NCBI GenBank assembly: GCA_965248435.1
Contig: OZ252100.1
Location: forward strand, 2,816,001 to 2,880,000
Source: Candidatus Latescibacterota bacterium
GTDB lineage: Bacteria > Latescibacterota > UBA2968 > GCA-2709665
Direction of reading: 5' to 3'
DNA: 64,000 bases
The stretch's first letter is position 1. Each line of letters begins with the position of its first letter. The notes under the pieces were generated by a model, which was given only the letters and a program-made list of their open reading frames with translations, had not been told where the DNA came from and searched no databases. A program made the translations under genes and the position numbers. This document shows positions 1-9,068 of the stretch, in pieces.

Positions 1-620
1 TTGCAACCCTTGCAATCCGTGCAGCCCTCAAAGTGGCGGTAGCAGCCCATACGGTGCCTTGCTCAGTCTGATCAACCATCTGATCTTTGGCATCGTGGTC
101 GCATACCTCTACAAGGGTGCCAGGACTTAGACGAGGTTCTTAGAACCGAAAATCTAGCGGTACCAACGATGTTTAATTGAGCCGGGTGCCCCGTGCTGGC
201 CATTTCTTCTGAACCGGTCAAACCCAAGTTCGTTTCAGACACCATCGTCAACTTTATCCGTCGCGTGAAGGGCCGCGAGGCTTGGCGGATATCAATCTGG
301 GTATCGAAGGTATCTGGAAGGGAGATGAACGCCTCTTGATCGAGGATCTCCGAGCGATTTATGGGATTAAAGCTGAATTCCAGTGAAAATTCCAACTGGA
401 AGAATCCTGAATCCTTTGGTGGGGAGATCCCAAACGGGTACTGTCCCTCCGATAGCCCTAAGACTAAAGGGTTTAGTGGAGGCCGAAAACCCGCCGGTCA
501 AAGTGACTTGCGATTCGCGCTTTCACGCGACGGTGAACCTTCTTGAGCATAGCAGTTTTAGCCAACCTACTGAGCCGCATCTAGAGAGATGCAGCTTTTT
601 GTTTGTACGCCATGGCTGAG

Positions 621-1817
621 ATGAAAGACCAACACAAAACCGACGAGCGGCTGATAGACGAATTGACACAGCTGCGTCGACGGGTTCCTGAATTGGAAGC
701 ATTAGAGGCTGAGCGTGAGAAGGCAGAAGAGGCGCTAAGGGAGAGTGAGGCCCGCACCCGATCCATTTTGAATACCACCGTCGACGGGATTATTACCATC
801 ACCGAGCGCGGAATTGTCGAGTCGCTCAACCCGGCCGCCGAGCGCATCTTTGGCTACTGTGCCGCAGAGGTTATCGGGCAGAACGTCAAGATGTTGATGC
901 CCGAGCCCTATCGGAGCGAGCACGATGGTTATATTGGTAACTACACGCGCACCGGTGAGGCTAAGATCATCGGCATCGGGCGTGAGGCGGTGGGACGACG
1001 GAAGGACGGGTCGACCTTCCCGATGGATCTGGCGGTCAGCGCCACACGTTTGGACAGGCAATGTCTATTCACCGGCGTAGTACGCGACATCACCGAGCTG
1101 AACGAACTGGATGCCCGTGTTTTGAAAGGTCTAACGATTTTTGCCCAATCTTTGAAGCTCATCTCCAACCAGGTCTCAGAGACTGAGGATGCCTTTATCT
1201 ACACTATCGAGGCACTGGCCAGGGCGGCCGAAGCCAGCGATGAGGATACAGGCCGCCATATTGCTCGCGTGAACGAATATTCCAAGTGCCTGGCGGACGA
1301 GCTCGGCCTGGACGCCCAGTTTGTGCGGAAAATTCACTACTCCGCTCAGATGCACGATGTCGGGAAGATCTATCTCCATCCCAGCCTACTAGGGAAACCC
1401 GGGAGTTTGACGGTGGAGGAGTCGGCTCAGATGACCCAGCATACCATCCATGGGGCCAAGATCTTAGGCGACGCGCCCCGGCTGGAAATGGCCCGCCAAA
1501 TCGCCCTTGCCCACCACGAGAAATACGATGGGAGCGGCTATCCCTTCGGATTGAAAGGCGAGGCGATCCCCCTCGCAGCGCGGATCGTCAGCGTTGCGGA
1601 TGTGTATGACGCGCTGAGACAGAAGTGAAGCTACAAGCCGACGCTTTCCCACGAGACGGCCTTCAGGATTATCACCCAGGGGGATGGCAAGATGAGGCCA
1701 GAACATTTCGATCCTCAGGTTCTGGCGGCCTTCCAGAGAGTTGGGGATCGGATGCAGGGTATATTTGAGGCCGACAGTTTTGAGGTCGGATGGAAATCGC
1801 GGAAGCGTTCAGTTTAA
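621..1817 (+). pseudogene. FixL-type heme-PAS + HD-GYP phosphodiesterase with an in-frame TGA at 1626-1628
   Basis: PAS motif MLMPEPYRSEHDGY...IIGIGREAVGRRKDG is FixL-like; HDVGK and HHEKYDGSGYP are HD-GYP motifs. The frame continues past TGA as SYKPTLSHETAFRII...HFDPQVLAAF to TAA 1817, and the TGA replaces the Arg of the DAL-x-x-R-x-YK motif. Confidence 0.85.
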
Positions 1818-1837
1818 AGGCAGAACAGTTAAGTGCT

Positions 1838-1882
1838 TTGGGGGCGAGGATGAAAAAACTGGGGATCAAGCGCAAGAACTGA
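1838..1882 (+). pseudogene. Remnant C-terminus (Fis-type HTH tail) of a sigma54 activator
   Basis: Translates LGARMKKLGIKRKN*, compared with LVSKMKKLGIVRGGF* at the end of the 6175-7773 activator. Confidence 0.55.
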
Positions 1883-1887
1883 GGGCT

Positions 1888-1920
1888 CCCAATATTTAGT
1901 GTCGCCCACAAAATATTGGG
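1888..1920. promoter_or_regulatory. Palindromic putative enhancer (UAS)
   Basis: CCCAATATTT-N13-AAATATTGGG lies about 100 bp upstream of a sigma54 promoter. Confidence 0.55.
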
Positions 1921-2010
1921 ACTTTCTCGACTCGTCCGAAAGTCTGACAAAGCGGTTTTCTACAATATTTACAACCATTTGAGTCACCTTCTCAAATGGT
2001 TTTTGTCTTT

Positions 2011-2025
2011 TGGCATACACCTTGC
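2011..2025 (+). promoter_or_regulatory. sigma54 (-24/-12) promoter
   Basis: TGGCAT-ACACC-TTGC immediately upstream of the thioredoxin gene. Confidence 0.75.
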
Positions 2026-2041
2026 AATACAAGACATCGTA

Positions 2042-2395
2042 ATGGAAAATACAACTCACATAATCCTGACCGATGCAGACTTCCAAAAGGAAGTCCTTGA
2101 AAATCGAGGCTCCGTTCTGGTGGAGTTTGGCGCTGAGTGGTGTGGGCCCTGCCAGATCCTTGCGCCGATGATCGAAGAATTGGTATCTGAGTTCGAAGGA
2201 AGAATCAAGGTGTGTAGACTGGATGTGGACCATAATGAACGTATCCCGGGTGATTATGGCATCTGGAGCCTTCCGACCCTTCTCTTTTTCAGGAGTGGAA
2301 GGGTTGTAGATCACATTATCGGGGTGGTCCCAAAGGTCGAGCTGACGGCCAAGCTCAATGCTATGCTTGAGGACCCGAAAGGAGACCCAAGATGA
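2042..2395 (+). CDS. trxA: Thioredoxin
   Basis: WCGPC active site, LPTL cis-Pro motif, about 117 aa from ATG 2042. Confidence 0.9.
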   Translation: MENTTHIILTDADFQKEVLENRGSVLVEFGAEWCGPCQILAPMIEELVSEFEGRIKVCRLDVDHNERIPGDYGIWSLPTLLFFRSGRVVDHIIGVVPKVELTAKLNAMLEDPKGDPR

Positions 2396-2688
2396 CCCAG
2401 TTTAAACCGGGAGATGCAGTGTCTTTTGCCCACGAGGAGCACTGGATGATTGGGGAAGTGGAAGAGATCCGGCGAGGTCACGAGGGAGACAACCTTCTGA
2501 TCATCCGGCAGGGCGGTCCATGGTCCGGGTCCCGTTATGTTGTGTTGTCGAGTCGTGTGGAGAAGCTGGGTGAAGAAAGCGAAGATGCCCAATTTTCAAG
2601 ACATCGTCACGATGCTACAGTTTCCATTGATCGGGATCCCATTAAAGGCTACGCGTTTCCAGAAGACATAACTCCGTTTCTAAATTGA
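2392..2688 (+). CDS. Small hypothetical protein
   Basis: 98-aa ORF overlapping the trx stop (ATGA) with a GGAG RBS; no recognised motif. Confidence 0.6.
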   Translation: MTQFKPGDAVSFAHEEHWMIGEVEEIRRGHEGDNLLIIRQGGPWSGSRYVVLSSRVEKLGEESEDAQFSRHRHDATVSIDRDPIKGYAFPEDITPFLN

Positions 2689-2819
2689 ACCGGTGGTCCT
2701 GAAGCTTCACTAATGTGGAGCTGGGTAGGGGAGCTGAAGTTCTTACCGGCATTCGAAATGAATGATAGGCGACGTCATAGGTTAATCTAAAAGCGGAATC
2801 TACTAAAGGAGTGAGTGTC

Positions 2820-3515
2820 ATGAAACGATCAAGCCTTTATATAGCCACATTCCTGACGGTGTTTTCAATGGCGGGATGTGCAACCATGTCCGTAAAGACG
2901 GACTATGACAGGAATAAACAATTTCCTAGTATCAGAACCTTTGCATGGGCTGAGCAACCTGAGAAGCCGGTCCGCAATCCGATGGTCCAGAATTCTTTAA
3001 TGGACAAACGGGTCAGGCGCGCAGTTCAGCAGGAGCTGGAGGCCTTAGGGTATGAGAAGGACCTTGAGAAGCCCGCTTTGCTCGTTGTTTATCATACTGG
3101 CCTGGAAGACAAGATTGACGTGTCGCCGCGGGGCTACGGTCACGGTGGGTATTACGACAGGGGTTACGGAGGGCATGGCTACGGTTACGGTGGGTATTAC
3201 GGCAGGCGTTACGGCAGGGGTTACGGAGGGCGTGCCTACGGTTATGGGTATCACGGCAGGGGATACGGAGGACATGGCTACGATTACGGTGGGTATTACG
3301 GCAGGGGTTACGGAGGGGGTGGTTCGTATCTTCGGACCTATAAAGAGGGCACTCTGATCCTCGACTTCGTTGACCCTGAGACCATGCAGCTAATCTGGCG
3401 CGGTTGGGCGACTTTCGCGTTCGATGATCCTGACAAAGCGGCAAGGTATGTGAACAAAGCCGTCAAAAAGATCCTGAAGAAATTCCCGCCGCAAGACGAC
3501 CAGGCCAGATCGTAA
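2820..3515 (+). CDS. DUF4136-family lipoprotein with an expanded Gly/Tyr-rich loop
   Basis: Lipobox MAGC; VKTDYD...FAW and YKEGTLILDFVD...IWRG motifs typical of DUF4136. Confidence 0.8.
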   Translation: MKRSSLYIATFLTVFSMAGCATMSVKTDYDRNKQFPSIRTFAWAEQPEKPVRNPMVQNSLMDKRVRRAVQQELEALGYEKDLEKPALLVVYHTGLEDKIDVSPRGYGHGGYYDRGYGGHGYGYGGYYGRRYGRGYGGRAYGYGYHGRGYGGHGYDYGGYYGRGYGGGGSYLRTYKEGTLILDFVDPETMQLIWRGWATFAFDDPDKAARYVNKAVKKILKKFPPQDDQARS

Positions 3516-3553
3516 GTTTCTGCTTCGAAAGGTTCTCCAAAAGGAGGTTAGTC

Positions 3554-4102
3554 ATGTCTACAACGGAAGTAGTAGTATCCGAAATCGAACACGTGGAAGT
3601 GCTCAAGTACGAGGACACCTCAGTGCCAATCATGAACTTTCCATTCAAGATCGATCACGGGAAGTTGAACCGGCTTGCCAGGGATCTGAGCATCGAATAT
3701 CCTCGAAGCCCAAGAGAGAAGATCGCGGATTATGTCTTTGCCGCTCGGGCTCTCGACAAGTCCCGGGCCTATCTCGCCAGCACGCTCGGTGACTATGAGT
3801 TCAACTGCAAGCTCGACCGAAGGTTCTTCAACTTCACCACCATCAACGCAATCGAGTTTATGGAGTGTGTGGCCACTGGGGCGGATGACGATGAAGTGGC
3901 TCGCTGGATCACGGAACACGCGCTTTCACGCGATCGATCTGAGATCGTGAAATGGAACAATCAGATGAGAGAGCTGCGCATCAGCGAACTTCCAATCGAG
4001 TCTCAGCTCTACCTGGAGGATTACATCCCCAGATATATCCCCTCGAATAAGTCCGTGGTCACCCTGTTCGACCTATTCGATGCAGAAGAGGGGCGCATCT
4101 AG
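3554..4102 (+). CDS. DUF5069-like protein
   Basis: PRSPREK...ARALDK.RA...G.Y..NC.LD..FF motif; strong RBS AGGAGG. Confidence 0.7.
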   Translation: MSTTEVVVSEIEHVEVLKYEDTSVPIMNFPFKIDHGKLNRLARDLSIEYPRSPREKIADYVFAARALDKSRAYLASTLGDYEFNCKLDRRFFNFTTINAIEFMECVATGADDDEVARWITEHALSRDRSEIVKWNNQMRELRISELPIESQLYLEDYIPRYIPSNKSVVTLFDLFDAEEGRI

Positions 4103-4201
4103 CACTAGAACCTGAAGGAGCAATTTCCCGGAAAGCAAAAGAGCGAGGTCCTTCATCCGTCAAGCATCAGGTCATTTACATCAAAAGAGGAGGGTAGTCA
4201 A

Positions 4202-5236
4202 ATGAAAGCCGCAATGATCCACGAATTTGGCGATGCGGATGTGTTGAAGTACGAAGAGATCGAAACGCCGGAGCCCAGGGTTGGACAGGTCCTGATCAAG
4301 GTGCTCGCCGCGGGCACTAACCGGCTCGAACACTATCTGCGCGAAGGATCCGTCGTGCCGGAGCTTCCGTTTCCCCACATCCTGGGTGCAGACGCCGCAG
4401 GCGAGATAGCCAAACTGGGCGAAGGGGTCAACAGCTTTGAAGTCGGCGAGCGGGTGATTCCTGTGCCCGGGTTCCCGGTCAAGGAGGAGGAGTACGACAT
4501 CCGTCCGTCTGCCACGGCGCCGAGCTTCACGCTTCCGGGGTTAGGTATCCCGGGCACCTATGCACAGTATGTAGAGATTCCCGCACAGTGGGTGGTCAGA
4601 GACGAAACCGGCCTGGCCCCAGAAGAAGTGGCGACCCTGCCAATGGTTCTCGCGACTGCGGTTCGGGCCGTTAAGGAAGTGGGTGGGGTCAAGGCCGGGG
4701 ATAAAGTTCTGGTCCAGGCCGGTGCCTCGGGGTCGGGCAGCATGCAGGTACAGGTGGCGAAGGCGCTTGGAGCTCAAGTTGCTACCACCGTGCGGGACGA
4801 TGCAAAAGCAGAATTCGCGGAAACGCTGGGGGCGGACCTTGTGATCAACACGCGAAAGGAGGATTCCGTCGAGCGCGTGATGGAATGGACCAGCGGCCCC
4901 GGTGCGGACGTGGTGATCGACAACCTCGGAGGAGACGTCTTGCCCAGGAGCATCGATGCCGTCAGGCCTCTGGGCATCGTGGTCGCCTTTGGCTTCGTTG
5001 CCGGCACAGAGGTGACGTTTGACATCCGCAATTTCTTCTTCGGCCAGAAGCAGCTGCGTGGTTCAATGGCCGGTGATGTGGAAGACCTCAACTGGGGGCT
5101 GGAGCAGGTCCGCGAGGGTCGGATAAGTCCCTCTCTCGACCGCGCCTTTCCGCTGAGCCAGGCGACTGAGGCACACCGGCTGATCGCGGCCAACCAGGTC
5201 AAGGGAAACCTGGTGCTGCTGCCGTGGGCGGCATAA
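4202..5236 (+). CDS. MDR-superfamily NAD(P)-dependent quinone oxidoreductase / zinc-binding dehydrogenase
   Basis: MKAAMIHEFG start, PHILGADAAG, VLVQAGASGSG nucleotide-binding loop, GNLVL end. Confidence 0.9.
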   Translation: MKAAMIHEFGDADVLKYEEIETPEPRVGQVLIKVLAAGTNRLEHYLREGSVVPELPFPHILGADAAGEIAKLGEGVNSFEVGERVIPVPGFPVKEEEYDIRPSATAPSFTLPGLGIPGTYAQYVEIPAQWVVRDETGLAPEEVATLPMVLATAVRAVKEVGGVKAGDKVLVQAGASGSGSMQVQVAKALGAQVATTVRDDAKAEFAETLGADLVINTRKEDSVERVMEWTSGPGADVVIDNLGGDVLPRSIDAVRPLGIVVAFGFVAGTEVTFDIRNFFFGQKQLRGSMAGDVEDLNWGLEQVREGRISPSLDRAFPLSQATEAHRLIAANQVKGNLVLLPWAA

Positions 5237-5263
5237 GACACTGCGATTGAAGGGGGAAGTAGT

Positions 5264-5572
5264 ATGCCTACGGTTGAATTTATCTATGATTCTGACTGCC
5301 CAAATGCAGAGGCAGCGCGCCAGCGACTCTTGCGCGCTCTTGCCGAAGCAGGAATAAAATTGGACTTTCAGGAGTGGAATCGAACGGCTCCTGAGAGCCC
5401 GGACTACGTTCAGCGTTACGGATCTCCAACTATATTGGTGAACCAGAAAGATGCTGCTGGCGCAGAATCAATATCTGGTGATAAGGCGTGTCGGGTTTAT
5501 CAGAATAGTGACGGCCAACTGAGCGGCATTCCTTCTATCGAAATGATTACCTCGGCATTAACCGAGACATAA
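5264..5572 (+). CDS. Thioredoxin-fold protein of mer-associated type (DUF2703-like)
   Basis: Y..DCPN, YGSPTILVN and CRVY...G.PS motifs; directly upstream of a MerT-like gene. Confidence 0.6.
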   Translation: MPTVEFIYDSDCPNAEAARQRLLRALAEAGIKLDFQEWNRTAPESPDYVQRYGSPTILVNQKDAAGAESISGDKACRVYQNSDGQLSGIPSIEMITSALTET

Positions 5573-5592
5573 AAGTAGTACAAAGGGAGTCT

Positions 5593-6162
5593 ATGATGCT
5601 AGCAACTAAATTGGGACTCGGATCAGCGTCTCTGGCTTCGTTGTGCTGCGTGGTCCCTGTTGGCCTTGCTGTGTTGGGACTCGGTGGACTTGGCGTAGGG
5701 GCTTTCATCGATGCGAATCACTGGTATTTCATAGCAGTCGCCGGCGTGCTTCTCGCACTGTCCTGGTATGCGTATTGGCGGGAACGGCGACGATGCAGGA
5801 CGGAACGATGCGAGATAGTTGGCGGTAAGACGGCCCGCGTAGCGCTTCCATTGGCTACACTAGCTGTTGTAGGTTTCTTCGGACTTAACTTGTATACCTA
5901 CGCTGGTGCGGATGGCCAGGAAATAGGTCTGGTGCCATCAGCACACGCTCAGATCACGATTCCTGTAGAGGGTATGACTTGCTATAGCTGTACCGCCCAC
6001 GTCGAGCAGAACCTGAAGGGCTTGGATGGTGTGCAGGATGTCGCGGCAAGCGTGCCCCAAAAAGCTGTAACGGTCACCTACGACCCTGAGCTTATCAGCG
6101 TTGAGCAGTTAATAGATAGAGTGAATGAGACTGGGTATCGGGCGCACAAACCGATCGGCTAG
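5593..6162 (+). CDS. MerT-like transporter fused to a MerP/HMA metal-binding domain
   Basis: ASLCCVVP in TM1, three TM segments, cytoplasmic C-x4-C, C-terminal EGMTCYSC HMA motif. Confidence 0.85.
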   Translation: MMLATKLGLGSASLASLCCVVPVGLAVLGLGGLGVGAFIDANHWYFIAVAGVLLALSWYAYWRERRRCRTERCEIVGGKTARVALPLATLAVVGFFGLNLYTYAGADGQEIGLVPSAHAQITIPVEGMTCYSCTAHVEQNLKGLDGVQDVAASVPQKAVTVTYDPELISVEQLIDRVNETGYRAHKPIG

Positions 6163-6174
6163 TGATACCGAAAA

Positions 6175-7773
6175 ATGAAATTAAAAAGGCACGACCTGGA
6201 CATGAAATACGAAGAGTCAACAGAAGACCAGCTCTTGGTCGAATTGAGGCGGACCGTTTCTGAGCGGGAACCTTTAGAGGCCAAGTGGAGGCAAGCGGAG
6301 GAGGCGCTGGGTAAGAGCGAAGCGCGCTATGAGTCGCTCTACAATAACACTCCAGCGATGTTGCACTCCATAGATGATAACGGGCGAATCGTCAGCGTAA
6401 GTAATCATTGGCTCGAGACACTTGGGTACAAACACAGCGAAGTGATTGGAAGAAAGTCAGTCGAATTTCTGACAGAAGCATCCCGTCGTTACGCAGAAGA
6501 TGTTACATTGTCCGAATTTTTCAAGACCGGTACCGCGAAAGACGTTCCCTATCAGTATGTAAAGAAGAATGGGGAGGTCATTGATGTATTTCTTTCCGCT
6601 ATCTCCGAGCATGATGCGGAAGGGAATGTGGTTCGTTCTCTGGCTGTCTCGATTGACATCACAGATCGTAAACGTGCTGAAGAGGCGCTCCAGAAAGCGC
6701 GCGATGAGTTGGAAAAACGCGTAGAGGAACGCACCGCTGAACTGAGAGCTGCCAATGAGCACCTTAGAAAGGAAATCGCAGAGCGCAAGAAAGCGGAGCA
6801 CGTCCTTCTTGATGAGGTAAAAATCAAATACGACTACGAGGAGATTGTCGGGAAGAGCGTGATCCTCCAAAAAATGCGGAAACAGATCGAGTTGGTGGCT
6901 CCTGCGGAAACGCCGGTGCTCGTCCTTGGTGAGACCGGTACGGGGAAGGAACTGGTTTGCCGGGCGATCCATCACCTGAGTCCTCGCAAGGCCAGCCCTC
7001 TGGTCAAGCTGAACTGTGCGGCCATTCCCTCGGGTCTGGTGGAAAGCGAGCTGTTCGGCCACGAGAAAGGGGCGTTTACCGGCGCCATTTCCCAGAGACA
7101 GGGTCGATTTGAACTGGCGCACGGGGGTACTATCTTCCTGGATGAGATTGGGGATCTTCCTCTTGAGACGCAATCAAAACTCCTGAGAGTGCTGGAACAC
7201 CAGGAGTTTGAACGGGTAGGCGGCACCCGGACGATCAAAGTCGATACCCGGGTGATTGCTGCCACGCACCGGGACCTTCAACAAATGGTTCAAGAGGGTC
7301 AGTTCCGAGAGGATTTATTCTACCGGTTGAACGTTTTCCCAATTAAGATCCCTTCCCTGAGGGACCGGCGAGAGGACATTTCCCTCCTTTCCGACTATTT
7401 CCTGCGTCGCATCTGTGCTCGACTGGGCAGGCCTACCTGTGAACTCAGCGATGAGGCACAGCAGCACTTGCTCACCTACTCCTGGCCCGGGAATGTTCGA
7501 GAACTGGAGAATATCATCGATCGCGCCGTCATCCTGTGCTCTGGGCAGACCATAGATCGCGCGCATATTCAGGTGGAGGCCGATACCCCATCAAAGACCG
7601 AAGAACAGATAAGATCTTTGGAGGAAGTCGAGAGAAGGCATATTATCTCTGTCCTTCGGATGGCCAATGGGAAAGTGAGCGGCAGAGGCGGGGCCGCCGA
7701 GCTTCTCGGCCTGAAGCCACCCACGTTGGTGTCAAAAATGAAAAAGTTGGGAATCGTCCGAGGAGGCTTTTAA
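6175..7773 (+). CDS. PAS-domain sigma54-dependent activator (FhlA/NifA-like)
   Basis: PAS domain, GETGTGKE Walker A, ESELFGHEKGAFTGA, FLDEIG, WPGNVRELEN, Fis HTH. Confidence 0.95.
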   Translation: MKLKRHDLDMKYEESTEDQLLVELRRTVSEREPLEAKWRQAEEALGKSEARYESLYNNTPAMLHSIDDNGRIVSVSNHWLETLGYKHSEVIGRKSVEFLTEASRRYAEDVTLSEFFKTGTAKDVPYQYVKKNGEVIDVFLSAISEHDAEGNVVRSLAVSIDITDRKRAEEALQKARDELEKRVEERTAELRAANEHLRKEIAERKKAEHVLLDEVKIKYDYEEIVGKSVILQKMRKQIELVAPAETPVLVLGETGTGKELVCRAIHHLSPRKASPLVKLNCAAIPSGLVESELFGHEKGAFTGAISQRQGRFELAHGGTIFLDEIGDLPLETQSKLLRVLEHQEFERVGGTRTIKVDTRVIAATHRDLQQMVQEGQFREDLFYRLNVFPIKIPSLRDRREDISLLSDYFLRRICARLGRPTCELSDEAQQHLLTYSWPGNVRELENIIDRAVILCSGQTIDRAHIQVEADTPSKTEEQIRSLEEVERRHIISVLRMANGKVSGRGGAAELLGLKPPTLVSKMKKLGIVRGGF

Positions 7774-7811
7774 CATTCGTGAAATATCAAAAATTTATGA
7801 AATATGAAAAC

Positions 7812-8866
7812 CCCGAGTTCAATAAGGAAGTGCAACACTTAGGGTAGCAACTGTCCTATCCTAAGTGTATGGGAAACAATTACAAGCATCTTACGATAGA
7901 CGAACGCGAGCAGATTGCGCTTTGTCGAGCCACTGGTGCAAGCCTTAGAGATATTGCCAAGGCCCTTGACCGGAGCGCCAGCACGATTTCAAGAGAGTTG
8001 AAACGTAATCCGTCCCCGATAGCTGAGAGTTACTCGGGCCTCCAGGCTCACAGAAGGGCTGAGAAACGTAAGCGGGAGGCCGGCAAGCGGAAACGGCTGA
8101 AGAATCCGGTTATCCGGCGATATGTCGAGACCAAACTCAAGCAAGGATGGTCTCCCGAGTTGATCGCTGGGAGGCTTCCCGAGGAGCGTCCGAGCGCGGG
8201 TATCAGCCACGAAGCCATCTACCAGTATATCTACGATCCAAAGGTGCACAAGCAGCGGGATCTGGTTGCTTGCTTATCCCGAGCTCACAAAAAACGAAAG
8301 CCGCGGTGGCATACCCGAAAACACCGGGAAAGCCACATTCCAGGCCGTATTTCGATCGATCGACGTCCCCGTTACATCGAAAAACGGAAACAACCTGGCC
8401 ACTGGGAATCCGACACCATCATCTCTCGTGAGAGCAAACAGGCCGTTGGCGCTTGTCTTGAGCGATCGTCGAGATACCTACACCTGGCTAAGCTGGCAAA
8501 GAACGGACCCTCGGAGGTCGCCGAAGCGATTAATCGACGCCTTGGGCGACATCCTCCCCACATGAGGAAGAGCATCACATATGACAACGGATCCGAAAAC
8601 GGCCAACATCAACGGGTCAACGAGGTGCTTGGCACCAAATCCTATTTCTGCAAACCGTTCCACAGCTGGGAGCGAGGCGCTGTGGAAAACGCTATCGGTC
8701 TGGTCCGCAGATACCTCCCCAAGAAGACAGACTTCTCAAAGGTCAGCAAACACGAGTTAAAGAAAATTCAGAACCGGATCAACAACCGACCAAGAAAATG
8801 TCTTAACTTCAAAACACCAGCTGAAGTCTTCAAGTCCAAGTGTTGCACTTAGTCATTGAATCCAGC
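7812..8866 (+). mobile_element. IS30-family element, copy 1, with a 3-bp target duplication (AAC)
   Basis: Imperfect 29-bp terminal IRs (CCCGAGTTCAATAAGGAAGTGCAACACTT / rc GCTGGATTCAATGACTAAGTGCAACACTT); AAC at 7809-7811 and 8867-8869; matches copy 2. Confidence 0.92.
7869..8852 (+). CDS. IS30-family DDE transposase
   Basis: N-terminal HTH (STISRELKRN), GHWESDT, SITYDNGSE, WERGAVEN, NNRPRKCL. Confidence 0.97.
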   Translation: MGNNYKHLTIDEREQIALCRATGASLRDIAKALDRSASTISRELKRNPSPIAESYSGLQAHRRAEKRKREAGKRKRLKNPVIRRYVETKLKQGWSPELIAGRLPEERPSAGISHEAIYQYIYDPKVHKQRDLVACLSRAHKKRKPRWHTRKHRESHIPGRISIDRRPRYIEKRKQPGHWESDTIISRESKQAVGACLERSSRYLHLAKLAKNGPSEVAEAINRRLGRHPPHMRKSITYDNGSENGQHQRVNEVLGTKSYFCKPFHSWERGAVENAIGLVRRYLPKKTDFSKVSKHELKKIQNRINNRPRKCLNFKTPAEVFKSKCCT

Positions 8867-8969
8867 AACAAGATAATGCTCGGATCGATGTAAAATTTTG
8901 CCAATATAGAGAAGCAAGTAATCGTTATAAAGCCACTTAGGAGATATTTCCAAGTGGCTTTATTCGTCC

Positions 8970-8984
8970 TGGCACAGAGATTGT
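8970..8984 (+). promoter_or_regulatory. Probable sigma54 promoter
   Basis: TGGCAC-AGAGA-TTGT, one deviation from TTGC. Confidence 0.55.
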
Positions 8985-9015
8985 TCTGTACTAAACACCA
9001 TGCCAAACAATAATC

Positions 9016-9046
9016 TTGACCCTATAGTAGGTACGGAATGTAATTT
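9016..9046 (+). promoter_or_regulatory. MerR-type promoter/operator with a 19-bp spacer
   Basis: TTGACC-19 nt (containing GTACGG)-TAATTT, resembling the mer operator. Confidence 0.7.
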
Positions 9047-9068
9047 CACCGAGATGGATGGCAAGAAT

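Noticed and set aside
72-395. 107-aa minus-strand ORF
   Set aside because: No recognisable motif or RBS; it may be a decayed fragment, but cannot be supported.
1626-1628. In-frame TGA as selenocysteine or an alternative genetic code
   Set aside because: The position corresponds to Arg, not Cys or Trp, and TGA is used as a normal stop in many intact genes here.
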